NCBI GenBank assembly: GCA_963827275.1
Contig: CAWHAA010000010.1
Location: forward strand, 224,001-288,000
Reading direction: 5' to 3'
Origin: an uncultured Spirochaetota bacterium
GTDB taxonomy: Bacteria > Spirochaetota > UBA4802 > UBA5550
DNA: 64,000 nucleotides
Both the position numbers and the translations under genes were made by a program. The notes below the pieces were generated by a model. It saw only the letters and a list, made by a program, of their open reading frames with translations, did not search any database and was not told where the DNA came from. Below, in pieces: positions 32,421-39,914 of the stretch (positions are counted from its first letter, which is position 1; every line of letters starts with the position of its first letter).

Positions 32421-32840
32421 TCAACTCCCCCCCCTCGTCCCCCGCAGGGGGGCACGCGGGATCAAATCATCCATCTCTCAGCGCAATTTCATGCATGATC
32501 ATGTCAACGCCCCCCTGTCCCCCGTGGGGGGCACGTGAGATCAAATCATCCATCTCTCAGCGCAATTTCATGCATGATCATGTCAACGCCCCCCTGTCCC
32601 CCGTGGGGGGCACGTGACATCAAACCTTTTTTGATAACTCTCTCTTAATCGCATCAAGAACTGAATTAATCTCTTTCATGATTTCATCATTGTCAAATCG
32701 TATTGTTTTTAGCCCGAAAGTTTCCATGAAATCATCGCAGTATTCATCATAGTCTGTTCTTACTTTATGTCAATCAGCCCCTTGATTCGTGCCCCCTTCG
32801 GGGGACAGGGGGAAATTCATTCATGCCCCCTACGGGGGTC
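32421..32840 (-). mobile_element. REP-bounded DUF559 element, defective copy 1 (three tandem left repeats + 3' gene fragment + right repeats)
   Basis: Left repeats at 32421, 32504, 32583; minus-strand 32769-32620 encodes HKVRTDYDEYCDDFMETFGLKTIRFDNDEIMKEINSVLDAIKRELSKKV*; inverted right repeat at ~32783-32817. Confidence 0.75.
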
Positions 32841-32848
32841 AAAGTGGA

Positions 32849-33472
32849 TTACCGGTAGTACCTCTTCTGCTCCCTCACCGTTGATTTCGGGAACCTCCCG
32901 TAATGGTGCCCCGGCCATATCACCGTATCGTCCGGCAACACGAGGATTTTATGGAGGATGGAGTGCATGATCTTCTCCATCGACCCGTCACCGAGATCGG
33001 TGCGCCCCATCCCCTCGGTGAACAGGGTGTCGCCGGTGAATATGTGGCCCGGCGCGTACAGGCACACGCTCCCCTCGGAATGGCCCGGCGTATGTATTAT
33101 TTTTAGAGAGCAGCCGCCGAACGTGATGACGTCGCCCTCCTTTACGGTCATTTGCGGCGGGGGCGAGGTCTTGCCTCCCATGGTGCGGGAGAGGAACCTG
33201 CTCGTGAGGCTCCCGAGCTTGCGGACGTCGGTCTCGTGCAGGAGAAGCGGCGCACCGGTCTTTTTCATCCAGTAGTCGTTGCCCGACGTGTGGTCGAAAT
33301 GCCCGTGGGTATTGATGATATATTTTACCGTGACATTGTGCTTCTTTATGGCGCTCTCGATAAGCTGGTGGTCCCCTGCGGGATCGATGAGCACCGCCTC
33401 CCTGGTCGACTCGTCCGCCACCAGGTAGCAGAACACGGCCATCTGCGTTACAAGTATCTGTTCGATTATCAT
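32849..33472 (-). CDS. MBL-fold metallo-hydrolase (glyoxalase II-like)
   Basis: 'NTHGHFDH', 'HTPGHS', 'FTGDTLF', 'GRTDL', 'PGH'. Confidence 0.92.
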   Translation of the reverse strand: MIIEQILVTQMAVFCYLVADESTREAVLIDPAGDHQLIESAIKKHNVTVKYIINTHGHFDHTSGNDYWMKKTGAPLLLHETDVRKLGSLTSRFLSRTMGGKTSPPPQMTVKEGDVITFGGCSLKIIHTPGHSEGSVCLYAPGHIFTGDTLFTEGMGRTDLGDGSMEKIMHSILHKILVLPDDTVIWPGHHYGRFPKSTVREQKRYYR

Positions 33473-33491
33473 ACTTCAAACCTCTTCATGG

Positions 33492-33991
33492 TCAACTCCC
33501 CCCTGTCCCCCGTAGGGGGCACGCGGGATCACGACTTTTCTAATAACTTGTGCTTGATTGCAACAAGAACTGAATCAATATTTTTCATGATTTTATCATT
33601 ATCAAATCGCATTGTTTGTATCCCGAGACTTTTCAAAAAATCATCGCGGTATTCATCGTAGTCTTTTCTTTCTTTATGGACGTTTCCATCCACCTCAATC
33701 GCCAGGAGCTTTTCATCACAATAAAAATCAAGTATATAGCGATATATCGGATGCTGGCATCTGAATTTATATCCCTCAAGCTGCTTGCTCTTCAACCGCT
33801 CCCATAATAAACGCTCACCGGGAGTTAAATTATTGCGCATATCTCTCGCCAGTTGAATAACATAGTCAGGTGTTTTAATGCCTTGATTCATATTCTTGTT
33901 ACAATCAGCATCCTGATTCGTGCCCCCTGCGGCGATCAGGGGGGAATTCAGCCCCTTGATCCGTGCCCCCTATGGGGGACAGGGGGAAATT
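33492..33991 (-). mobile_element. REP-bounded DUF559 element, intact copy
   Basis: Left repeat TCAACTCCCCCCTGTCCCCCGTAGGGGGCACGCGGGATCA (33492-33531); two inverted right repeats (33914-33949, 33957-33991) enclosing the endonuclease ORF. Confidence 0.75.
33529..33891 (-). CDS. DUF559 / very-short-patch-repair-like (PD-(D/E)xK) endonuclease
   Basis: 'ARDMRNNLTPGERLLWERLK...FRCQHPIYRYILDFYC...LAIEVDGNVH...DEYRDDFLKSLGIQTMRFDN'. Confidence 0.92.
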   Translation of the reverse strand: MNQGIKTPDYVIQLARDMRNNLTPGERLLWERLKSKQLEGYKFRCQHPIYRYILDFYCDEKLLAIEVDGNVHKERKDYDEYRDDFLKSLGIQTMRFDNDKIMKNIDSVLVAIKHKLLEKS

Positions 33992-34013
33992 AAGGTGAGC
34001 GGGATACAGGCGC

Positions 34014-35024
34014 TCAGCCCACTTCATATATCATGAGCCGCTCTTCCACCCCCGGCCAGGACGGTATCCTCCGTGAGCATATCATCCGCAGCGACTCCAG
34101 CTCCCGGAAAAAATCTTCGTCCGCCGTCGATCCCATGGCGCCGACGAAAACAAGCGTCCTGCCGCCGGCCTCCCGGTAGCGGCGCAGTGCATTTACCGCC
34201 ATCGGGTCATATATCGGGGGCCAGCAGAGGAAGAGCGCCCGTTCCGGGTAGCGTCCTGCCATCGACTCGTCGCCCTCGTGGACCACGGACCAGGTGTCTT
34301 CGAACCACCGGTTTGCCTCCTGCCACTCCCACGGCCGCTCGTCGCCGGGCGGCCGGTTGTCGTAAGCGATGATGTCGGCGCCGGCGTCGCGGAGGCACAT
34401 GGCCCAGTACCCGTTCCCGGCGCCGATCTCCACCAGCGGCGAGCGGCCCGCTATCTCCTCAACCACCTGTATCGTGGGGACAGAAAACGCGTACCTGCAG
34501 ATTAACTCGGCCCTCCTCTCGTTGAGGAGGGCGCCCGGCACGCCGCCGTCCCGCCCTGCGTTCGCGGCAATGAGGGCGAGCACCTCTTCAAGGTACGGGT
34601 TCCTGATGCGCCATTCCCCGTCGGGCGGGACGTACCCCGTTATATCGGTTTCATTATCGGCTCCGGGCGTTGCGCTGCCGGTTTCATGCTGCGCAATCCC
34701 GTAGTCATCGCCGTAGCGGCCCCTGACCATCCCGGCGAGCAGACCCGGGTCCGCGACGATGGCGTCCTTTTCCTTCCTGGTCAGCCCCTGGATGAGGCGC
34801 TCGACCCGCAGCGCATCGCCCCTTCCCCCGGAAAGCCTCCAGCAGCGGGCCATCCGGACCGGCTTGAAGCTCCTGGTGTACCTGGCGCCTGCCGCGCCGC
34901 TCCGGTGCTCTTCATACCGCCGCGCAGGGTCGTCGGTCGAGCCGGTGTAATACGACCCGTTTTCGCATTCGAGCATGTACACGTACAGGTGCCGGGGATG
35001 TATGTTATCGCGGTTCTGGCTCAT
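34014..35024 (-). CDS. GIY-YIG nuclease (UPF0213-like) fused to a class I SAM-methyltransferase-like domain
   Basis: N-terminal 'YVYMLECENGSYYTGSTDDPARRYEEH...ARYT'; C-terminal 'LVEIGAGNGYWA...DIIAYD...LFLCWPP'. Confidence 0.75.
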   Translation of the reverse strand: MSQNRDNIHPRHLYVYMLECENGSYYTGSTDDPARRYEEHRSGAAGARYTRSFKPVRMARCWRLSGGRGDALRVERLIQGLTRKEKDAIVADPGLLAGMVRGRYGDDYGIAQHETGSATPGADNETDITGYVPPDGEWRIRNPYLEEVLALIAANAGRDGGVPGALLNERRAELICRYAFSVPTIQVVEEIAGRSPLVEIGAGNGYWAMCLRDAGADIIAYDNRPPGDERPWEWQEANRWFEDTWSVVHEGDESMAGRYPERALFLCWPPIYDPMAVNALRRYREAGGRTLVFVGAMGSTADEDFFRELESLRMICSRRIPSWPGVEERLMIYEVG

Positions 35025-35051
35025 TGCCGGCAATCGGGACGAAACCGGGTT

Positions 35052-35915
35052 TCATTTTTTATTCTTTAGCGCATGCATGCTTTCGAAGAGCCAGCGCGGG
35101 TACGTGATCTCCGCATCCGCCGTCTTCTGCGCAAGCAGGAAGATATTGCTCCCGCGGTTCCGGCTGGTCAATAACTGTATGAGTCCCCGATAGCGCTTGA
35201 CGGAAAATCCTTCGATGTTGATCGATCCGGTCACCTTCGTATAGAGCTTCACCACGCGGAACCCCAGGCTCTCGACCAGGTCACGCAGCTCGGCCGGAGT
35301 GTACTCGCGGTTATGGCGCCCGTACGCGCCGTACCCGGAATAATGGTCATGCACGTTCCTGCCGAGGACCAGCTTGAGCACGTTCTCGTAACGGAGCACG
35401 TTGGGGGTGGTGATGATCATGTACCCTCCTTTGTCGAGGAGGCGGTTTATCTGTACAAGTGGATGGACCGGGTCGACCGTAAGGTGCTCGATGATCTCGC
35501 AGAAAAGGACCAGGTCAAAGGACTTCGGCTTGAAGGGAAACTCCTCCTTTTCGACGTTGAAGTGCCTGAAGGAAATGTCATGCCGCACGCCGTATTTCTC
35601 GCTCTGAAGGACTTCATGTGTTGCCACCTTCGCCGTATCCCCGAAATAGTTGGCCATCTCCAGGGCGCAATTGTAATATTTTTTTATAAGCAGACTCATG
35701 AAATAGGGGCTTGCCCCCAGCTCCAGGACCCTGCTTTTTTCGTTTATATTATCAGGGAAAAGCTCCAGGGTTTTCAAAAAACGGTCCAGGGAGAAATTCA
35801 GGTAATTGTTTTGTTCCTCGGGATTGAGCCCGGGCAGCCTGAAGCTCGCCAGGTACTCCATGATCGATCCAACCTTCGCTTTGTCATACTTAACGCCCAC
35901 GCAGTTTGCCTCCAT
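35052..35915 (-). CDS. Class I SAM-dependent methyltransferase
   Basis: 'RVLELGA', 'FDLVLFCEIIEHL', 'GGYMIITTPN', 'HNREYT'. Confidence 0.88.
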   Translation of the reverse strand: MEANCVGVKYDKAKVGSIMEYLASFRLPGLNPEEQNNYLNFSLDRFLKTLELFPDNINEKSRVLELGASPYFMSLLIKKYYNCALEMANYFGDTAKVATHEVLQSEKYGVRHDISFRHFNVEKEEFPFKPKSFDLVLFCEIIEHLTVDPVHPLVQINRLLDKGGYMIITTPNVLRYENVLKLVLGRNVHDHYSGYGAYGRHNREYTPAELRDLVESLGFRVVKLYTKVTGSINIEGFSVKRYRGLIQLLTSRNRGSNIFLLAQKTADAEITYPRWLFESMHALKNKK

Positions 35916-36061
35916 GGTGACGCAGGGTCACCCCGTTCTCGAATATAAATCAATACGGAATTGAAAAGGAAAATTTGCAAGTTATTTTCACACTCCCGGG
36001 GAGAGAGGAGGCCTATGTAGTAACCCAACCGGCTAATTTTTACCCGCCGGCTGAAAAACAA

Positions 36062-36090
36062 TTGACGCCATGCAAAAATAACATTATATT
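36062..36090 (+). promoter_or_regulatory. Putative sigma70 promoter
   Basis: TTGACG-17 nt-TATATT upstream of GGGAGG RBS and TTG start 36134. Confidence 0.5.
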
Positions 36091-36133
36091 TTAGTAACTA
36101 TTAAATTTATAAATTATAAGGGAGGATACAGCT

Positions 36134-36865
36134 TTGAAATACCTGGTATATATCGCAGCACTCCTGGCCCTCGCCCTTCCCCTCCAGGCAGGGCCCTTCA
36201 TGGACATGGAAGCCGGGCCGGTGTTCACGGGTAGCAACGATGCGCGGATTTCGGGCAAGTTTGGCACGAGGTTTTCACTCCCGGGGACCCTGGGAAACCG
36301 GACCTCTCCTTACATACGAGCTCGCGCCGGGTGGACAATCAAGGACCGTCACACCATCTCGTTCCTCGCCGCGCCGCTGAACGTGGAATACTACGGCACC
36401 TCATCACGGTTCCTTGTATTCAGAAACAGGTTGATCGTTCCGCATGCCCCGGTACAGGCGAATTTCAAATTCAACTCGTGGCGCCTGACCTACCGGTACG
36501 ATATCGTAAAAAATGACACTATCGAATTCGGCCTCGGCCTCACCGGGAAGATACGCGACGCCTATATACGGCTCGACAGCATGGGCGTACGGACCACCCG
36601 GCCGGACCTGGGATTTGTGCCCCTGATCAACATACGGCTGCAATGGATGTTCACGCCGGGCTTCAGCTTTTTGCTGGATGCCGACTGGCTGGCGGCCCCG
36701 CAGGGAAGGGCCGAGGACATTCTCGTGGCCCTGCAGCACCATGTCGGCGACCACGCGGTCTTCAGGGTGGGGTACCGCATCCTCGAGGGAGGGGCGGACA
36801 ACAAAAGCGTGTTCACCTTCTCGCTGTTTCACTACGCGGTCTTCGGTGCAACCATGAAGTTCTGA
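36134..36865 (+). CDS. Putative outer-membrane beta-barrel protein
   Basis: Signal peptide ending LQA, amphipathic strands, C-terminal Phe ('GATMKF'). Confidence 0.7.
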   Translation: MKYLVYIAALLALALPLQAGPFMDMEAGPVFTGSNDARISGKFGTRFSLPGTLGNRTSPYIRARAGWTIKDRHTISFLAAPLNVEYYGTSSRFLVFRNRLIVPHAPVQANFKFNSWRLTYRYDIVKNDTIEFGLGLTGKIRDAYIRLDSMGVRTTRPDLGFVPLINIRLQWMFTPGFSFLLDADWLAAPQGRAEDILVALQHHVGDHAVFRVGYRILEGGADNKSVFTFSLFHYAVFGATMKF

Positions 36866-36893
36866 CAAAGGGGTTGGCGGCTGTGGGAGGTTG

Positions 36894-37280
36894 TCACCTG
36901 CCGCGGCCGCGGTAGCCCCCCTTGATCAGTTCCCGCGCCGCACCGTACAATTCACTCTCTTCGAGGGCCAGGGCCCTGTCGATGCACTGCAGGGCGAGCT
37001 TGTAATCGCCGTTCTTGTAGGCGTATTTCGCCATCAGGTACTGGAGACGATCGAACGCCGGGTCCATGCGCGCGGCCTTCCCGAGGGCCTGGATGGCGTC
37101 CGAAAACTTTTTCTGCCTGGCATACACCCGGGCAAGCGCGATGTAGGCATATATGAAGTGCGGGTTCAGGTCGATGGCCCTGTTCAGGTACGCGAGCGCC
37201 TTGTCGTAATTTCCGAGCTGTACCCACTCCACGCCCATGTCAAAGGAATCATCCGCCTCGATGTCGTCATAGTGCTTCAT
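36894..37280 (-). CDS. Tetratricopeptide repeat protein
   Basis: Three TPR-like helical repeats ('LGNYDKALAYLNRAIDLNP'); start MKHYDD after GGAG. Confidence 0.85.
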   Translation of the reverse strand: MKHYDDIEADDSFDMGVEWVQLGNYDKALAYLNRAIDLNPHFIYAYIALARVYARQKKFSDAIQALGKAARMDPAFDRLQYLMAKYAYKNGDYKLALQCIDRALALEESELYGAARELIKGGYRGRGR

Positions 37281-37320
37281 GGACTTTTCTCCCGTGCGAT
37301 ACACTGCCGCCCTTTTCGTC

Positions 37321-37678
37321 CTCCCCCCTGTCCCCCGTATCAACGCCCCCCTGACCCCCGCAGGGGGCACGAGGGATCAAATCATCCATCTCATAACGTA
37401 ATTGCTCACATCATCATATCAACGCCCCCCTGTCCCCCGCAGGGGACACGAGGGATCATGCTTATACTGATAATTCTTTCTTGATTGCATCAATAACTAA
37501 ATTAATATTATTCATGATTTCATCATTGTCAAATCGCATTGTTTGTATCCCGAGACTTTTCAAAAAATCATCGCGGTATTCATCGTAGTCTTTTCTTTCT
37601 TTATGGACGTTTCCATCCACCTCAATCGCCAGGAGCTTTTCATCACAATAAAATCAAATATATAGGGACAGGGGGGAG
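37321..37678 (-). mobile_element. REP-bounded DUF559 element, defective copy 3 (5'-truncated, mosaic)
   Basis: Partial plus two full left repeats at 37321-37458; 37529-37653 identical to 33602-33726; ends in a truncated right repeat GGGACAGGGGGGAG. Confidence 0.75.
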
Positions 37679-37782
37679 TATCCCCCATTTCATTATAAAG
37701 GTCAAATGTTTTACTCTGATTTGTATTGACCATCCGTCATCCGTATCACATACTGATCATTAAGACACAGGGAGGGTCGATC

Positions 37783-39282
37783 GTGTTACATCAATACTGG
37801 CACCCGCGCATATGCGCCGTCATCTTTTTTGTCCTCTTCATTTCCGGCTGCGGCCACAGGCCCGAAGACATTGACATTTCGTTCGGGCCTGAAAAGAAGG
37901 CCGCCGATCCCGGTACCGCGCTCATGAAGGGCATTGCACCGGAGAATATCGGATACTTGCTCTACGACCTGGAATCAGGCGAGGCGGTGCGGAGCCACAA
38001 CCGCTCCCGCGCCTTCATCCCCGCCTCCACCACGAAGATCGCCTCCACCGTGGCCGCCCTTGACGTACTGGGCCCCGATTTCCGGTTTACCACCCGCCTC
38101 TGCTACGAGGGATCCGTCAGCAAAGGGGTCCTGAAAGGCGACCTCTATCTCAAGGGCAGCGGGGACCCGCTCCTCACGGTCTCGGACCTGATGGAGATGA
38201 CGGACCGCATGAAGGACAAGGGCATACGTTCTGTCTCAGGGCGCTTCATCTATGACGACGGAGACCTGGGCGGCGCGGAGTGCATCGACAGCGGCATGGA
38301 GCCCGACATGTCGTTCAACCCCGGCGTAAGCGCGCTTTCCCTTGAATACAACGCGGTCACTGCCCAGTGGAAAAGGGACCGGCAGACTCATTCTATCGGG
38401 ATATACTTGACGCCGAGCCTGCCCATAAACAGCGCGTCGCTTTCGGTGGAAAAGCTCGGCGAGAATACCAGGTTCGCGTACCGCGATGACGGAGGCGTGG
38501 AAACCTGGCTCCTGACGCCGGACGAGGACCGGGACGGGAGCGAGCGCCTGCCGGTCAGGAAGCCGTCGCGTTTCACCGCGCACGTGTTCGCGCGCCTGTG
38601 CGCCATCCGGGGCATCACCCTCCCCCGGCCCGTCCCCGGCACGATGCCCAGGAGCGCGGACGAAATCGCCGTGCACCGCGGCCCGGCGCTCACGGAGATC
38701 GCGGACATCACCCTCACCTTCAGCGTCAACCTGGCGGCGGAGCTGATCATGCTCAGGACCGCGAAAGAGCTCACCGGGGCGGTCATGAAACCGATAGAGG
38801 CGGCAGGGCACGTGTCCCGCTACCTTTCAGGCCGCCTGGAAAATGTACCGTGGAAAAATTTTTTCATGGTAAACGGCTCCGGGCTCACGGTGCGCAACCG
38901 GGTGACCCCGGAGCAGATGACCGCCCTCCTGATCTATGCTGACGCACAGAGATACAACGGCATGAGGTACCGGACGCTCATGCCCTCTTCCGGGATCGAG
39001 TGGTCGCTCGTGAACCGGCTCAGCGATCCCCACGCGGCGATGCGCGTGTGGGCGAAGACCGGCACCATCAACTACGCCATCGCCCTGGCGGGGTACCTCT
39101 TCACGGAATCGGGGCGCACCATGGCCTTCGCGATCTTCATCAATGATATGACGGAGCGGGAGCGGTATGATGCCGACCCCGACCGCAGGAGCAGGGAATC
39201 GTCGCGGAGGGTGACCGCGTGGCTCAACAATGCGAAGAACGTCATGGACGCCATCGTCGCTTCATGGATCAGGGAGCTGTAG
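37783..39282 (+). CDS. dacB: D-alanyl-D-alanine carboxypeptidase/endopeptidase (PBP4, peptidase S13), probable lipoprotein
   Basis: SxxK 'PASTTK', 'GSGDP', SxN 'SVN', 'GSGL', 'AKTGT'; GTG start after GGAGG; lipobox ISGC. Confidence 0.92.
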   Translation: MLHQYWHPRICAVIFFVLFISGCGHRPEDIDISFGPEKKAADPGTALMKGIAPENIGYLLYDLESGEAVRSHNRSRAFIPASTTKIASTVAALDVLGPDFRFTTRLCYEGSVSKGVLKGDLYLKGSGDPLLTVSDLMEMTDRMKDKGIRSVSGRFIYDDGDLGGAECIDSGMEPDMSFNPGVSALSLEYNAVTAQWKRDRQTHSIGIYLTPSLPINSASLSVEKLGENTRFAYRDDGGVETWLLTPDEDRDGSERLPVRKPSRFTAHVFARLCAIRGITLPRPVPGTMPRSADEIAVHRGPALTEIADITLTFSVNLAAELIMLRTAKELTGAVMKPIEAAGHVSRYLSGRLENVPWKNFFMVNGSGLTVRNRVTPEQMTALLIYADAQRYNGMRYRTLMPSSGIEWSLVNRLSDPHAAMRVWAKTGTINYAIALAGYLFTESGRTMAFAIFINDMTERERYDADPDRRSRESSRRVTAWLNNAKNVMDAIVASWIREL

Positions 39283-39313
39283 CGCAGGCCGGACCGGCCT
39301 AGTGGCTGATGCC

Positions 39314-39520
39314 TCAGCCGCCGCCGGCGCCGTGGGAGCATCGGGAGGCGGAAGCGCACCCGGGGGCCGTACCGGAGGATATGGATGAAAACGAGGAGAT
39401 GAGCTTCCTGGTCTTCGTGGAGCCGCACTGCTGGCACGTGACCTGCTGATCGTCCCCCATGCGGCGTATCTCGGAAAATTTCCCGCCGCACTCGTCGCAT
39501 TTGAATTCATATATAGGCAT
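39314..39520 (-). CDS. FmdB-family zinc-ribbon protein
   Basis: 'MPIYEFKCDECG...CQQCGS...RKLIS'. Confidence 0.9.
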   Translation of the reverse strand: MPIYEFKCDECGGKFSEIRRMGDDQQVTCQQCGSTKTRKLISSFSSISSGTAPGCASASRCSHGAGGG

Positions 39521-39599
39521 TGAGTGACCTCAATTATTAAGTTATATCTAAAGTACTGAAACCTCTATAAAATGTCAAGGCCATGTGGGAAATCTTTTA

Positions 39600-39805
39600 T
39601 CAACTTTCCCCTGTTCCCAAAACCATGAGCATGATCACATCAGCTCCCCCCTGTCCCCCGGAGGGGGCACGTGAGATCAAACTTTTTCTAAAAACTCTCT
39701 CTTGCCAGTTTAACAATAAAGTCAGATGTTTTAATGCCTTTGTACATGTGCGCCTGCCATCAGTTCCTCTGACTCGTGCCCCCTCCCGGGGCCAGGGGGG
39801 AATTC
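39600..39805 (-). mobile_element. REP-bounded DUF559 element, defective copy 4 (internal deletion, MITE/REPIN-like)
   Basis: Degenerate and full left repeats (39600, 39640); 71-nt remnant 39747-39677 joining the gene's 5' end (MYKGIKTSDFIVKLAR) to its 3' end; right repeat 39770-39805. Confidence 0.75.
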
Positions 39806-39854
39806 AACTCATTGGCCCGCGCCCACTCCGATGTCCTGATGGCATGTTAGCAGA

Positions 39855-39888
39855 GGGTCAGAGCAAAGTCAGACCGATAGTTATCGGT
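39855..39888. repeat. Second repeat family: GGGTCAGAGCAAA + palindrome ACCGATAGTTATCGGT
   Basis: Same composite motif recurs at 60759-60817. Confidence 0.7.
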
Positions 39889-39914
39889 ACTATTGCGGAC
39901 GTGATGGCAGGTGC

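Noticed and set aside
32421..32622. CRISPR-like array (~40-nt palindromic repeat + ~37-nt spacer)
   Set aside because: Spacers are identical or homologous to each other, there are only 2-3 units, repeats also occur inverted around a gene, and no cas genes are present
32849..33472. Metallo-beta-lactamase resistance gene
   Set aside because: No signal peptide; motifs match ubiquitous glyoxalase II-like hydrolases
33492..33991. Classical IS with terminal inverted repeats
   Set aside because: The enclosed ORF is a 120-aa DUF559 nuclease, not a DDE/HUH transposase; no target-site duplication is visible
37539..37763. Small plus-strand ORFs over the repeat elements (also 39583-40281, 32767-32970, 33616-33807)
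   Set aside because: Antisense to DUF559 remnants, repeats or real genes; not credible proteins
32421..39805. Integron cassette array with attC sites
   Set aside because: No RYYYAAC...GTTRRRY ends, no integrase, and intervening genes lie on both strands
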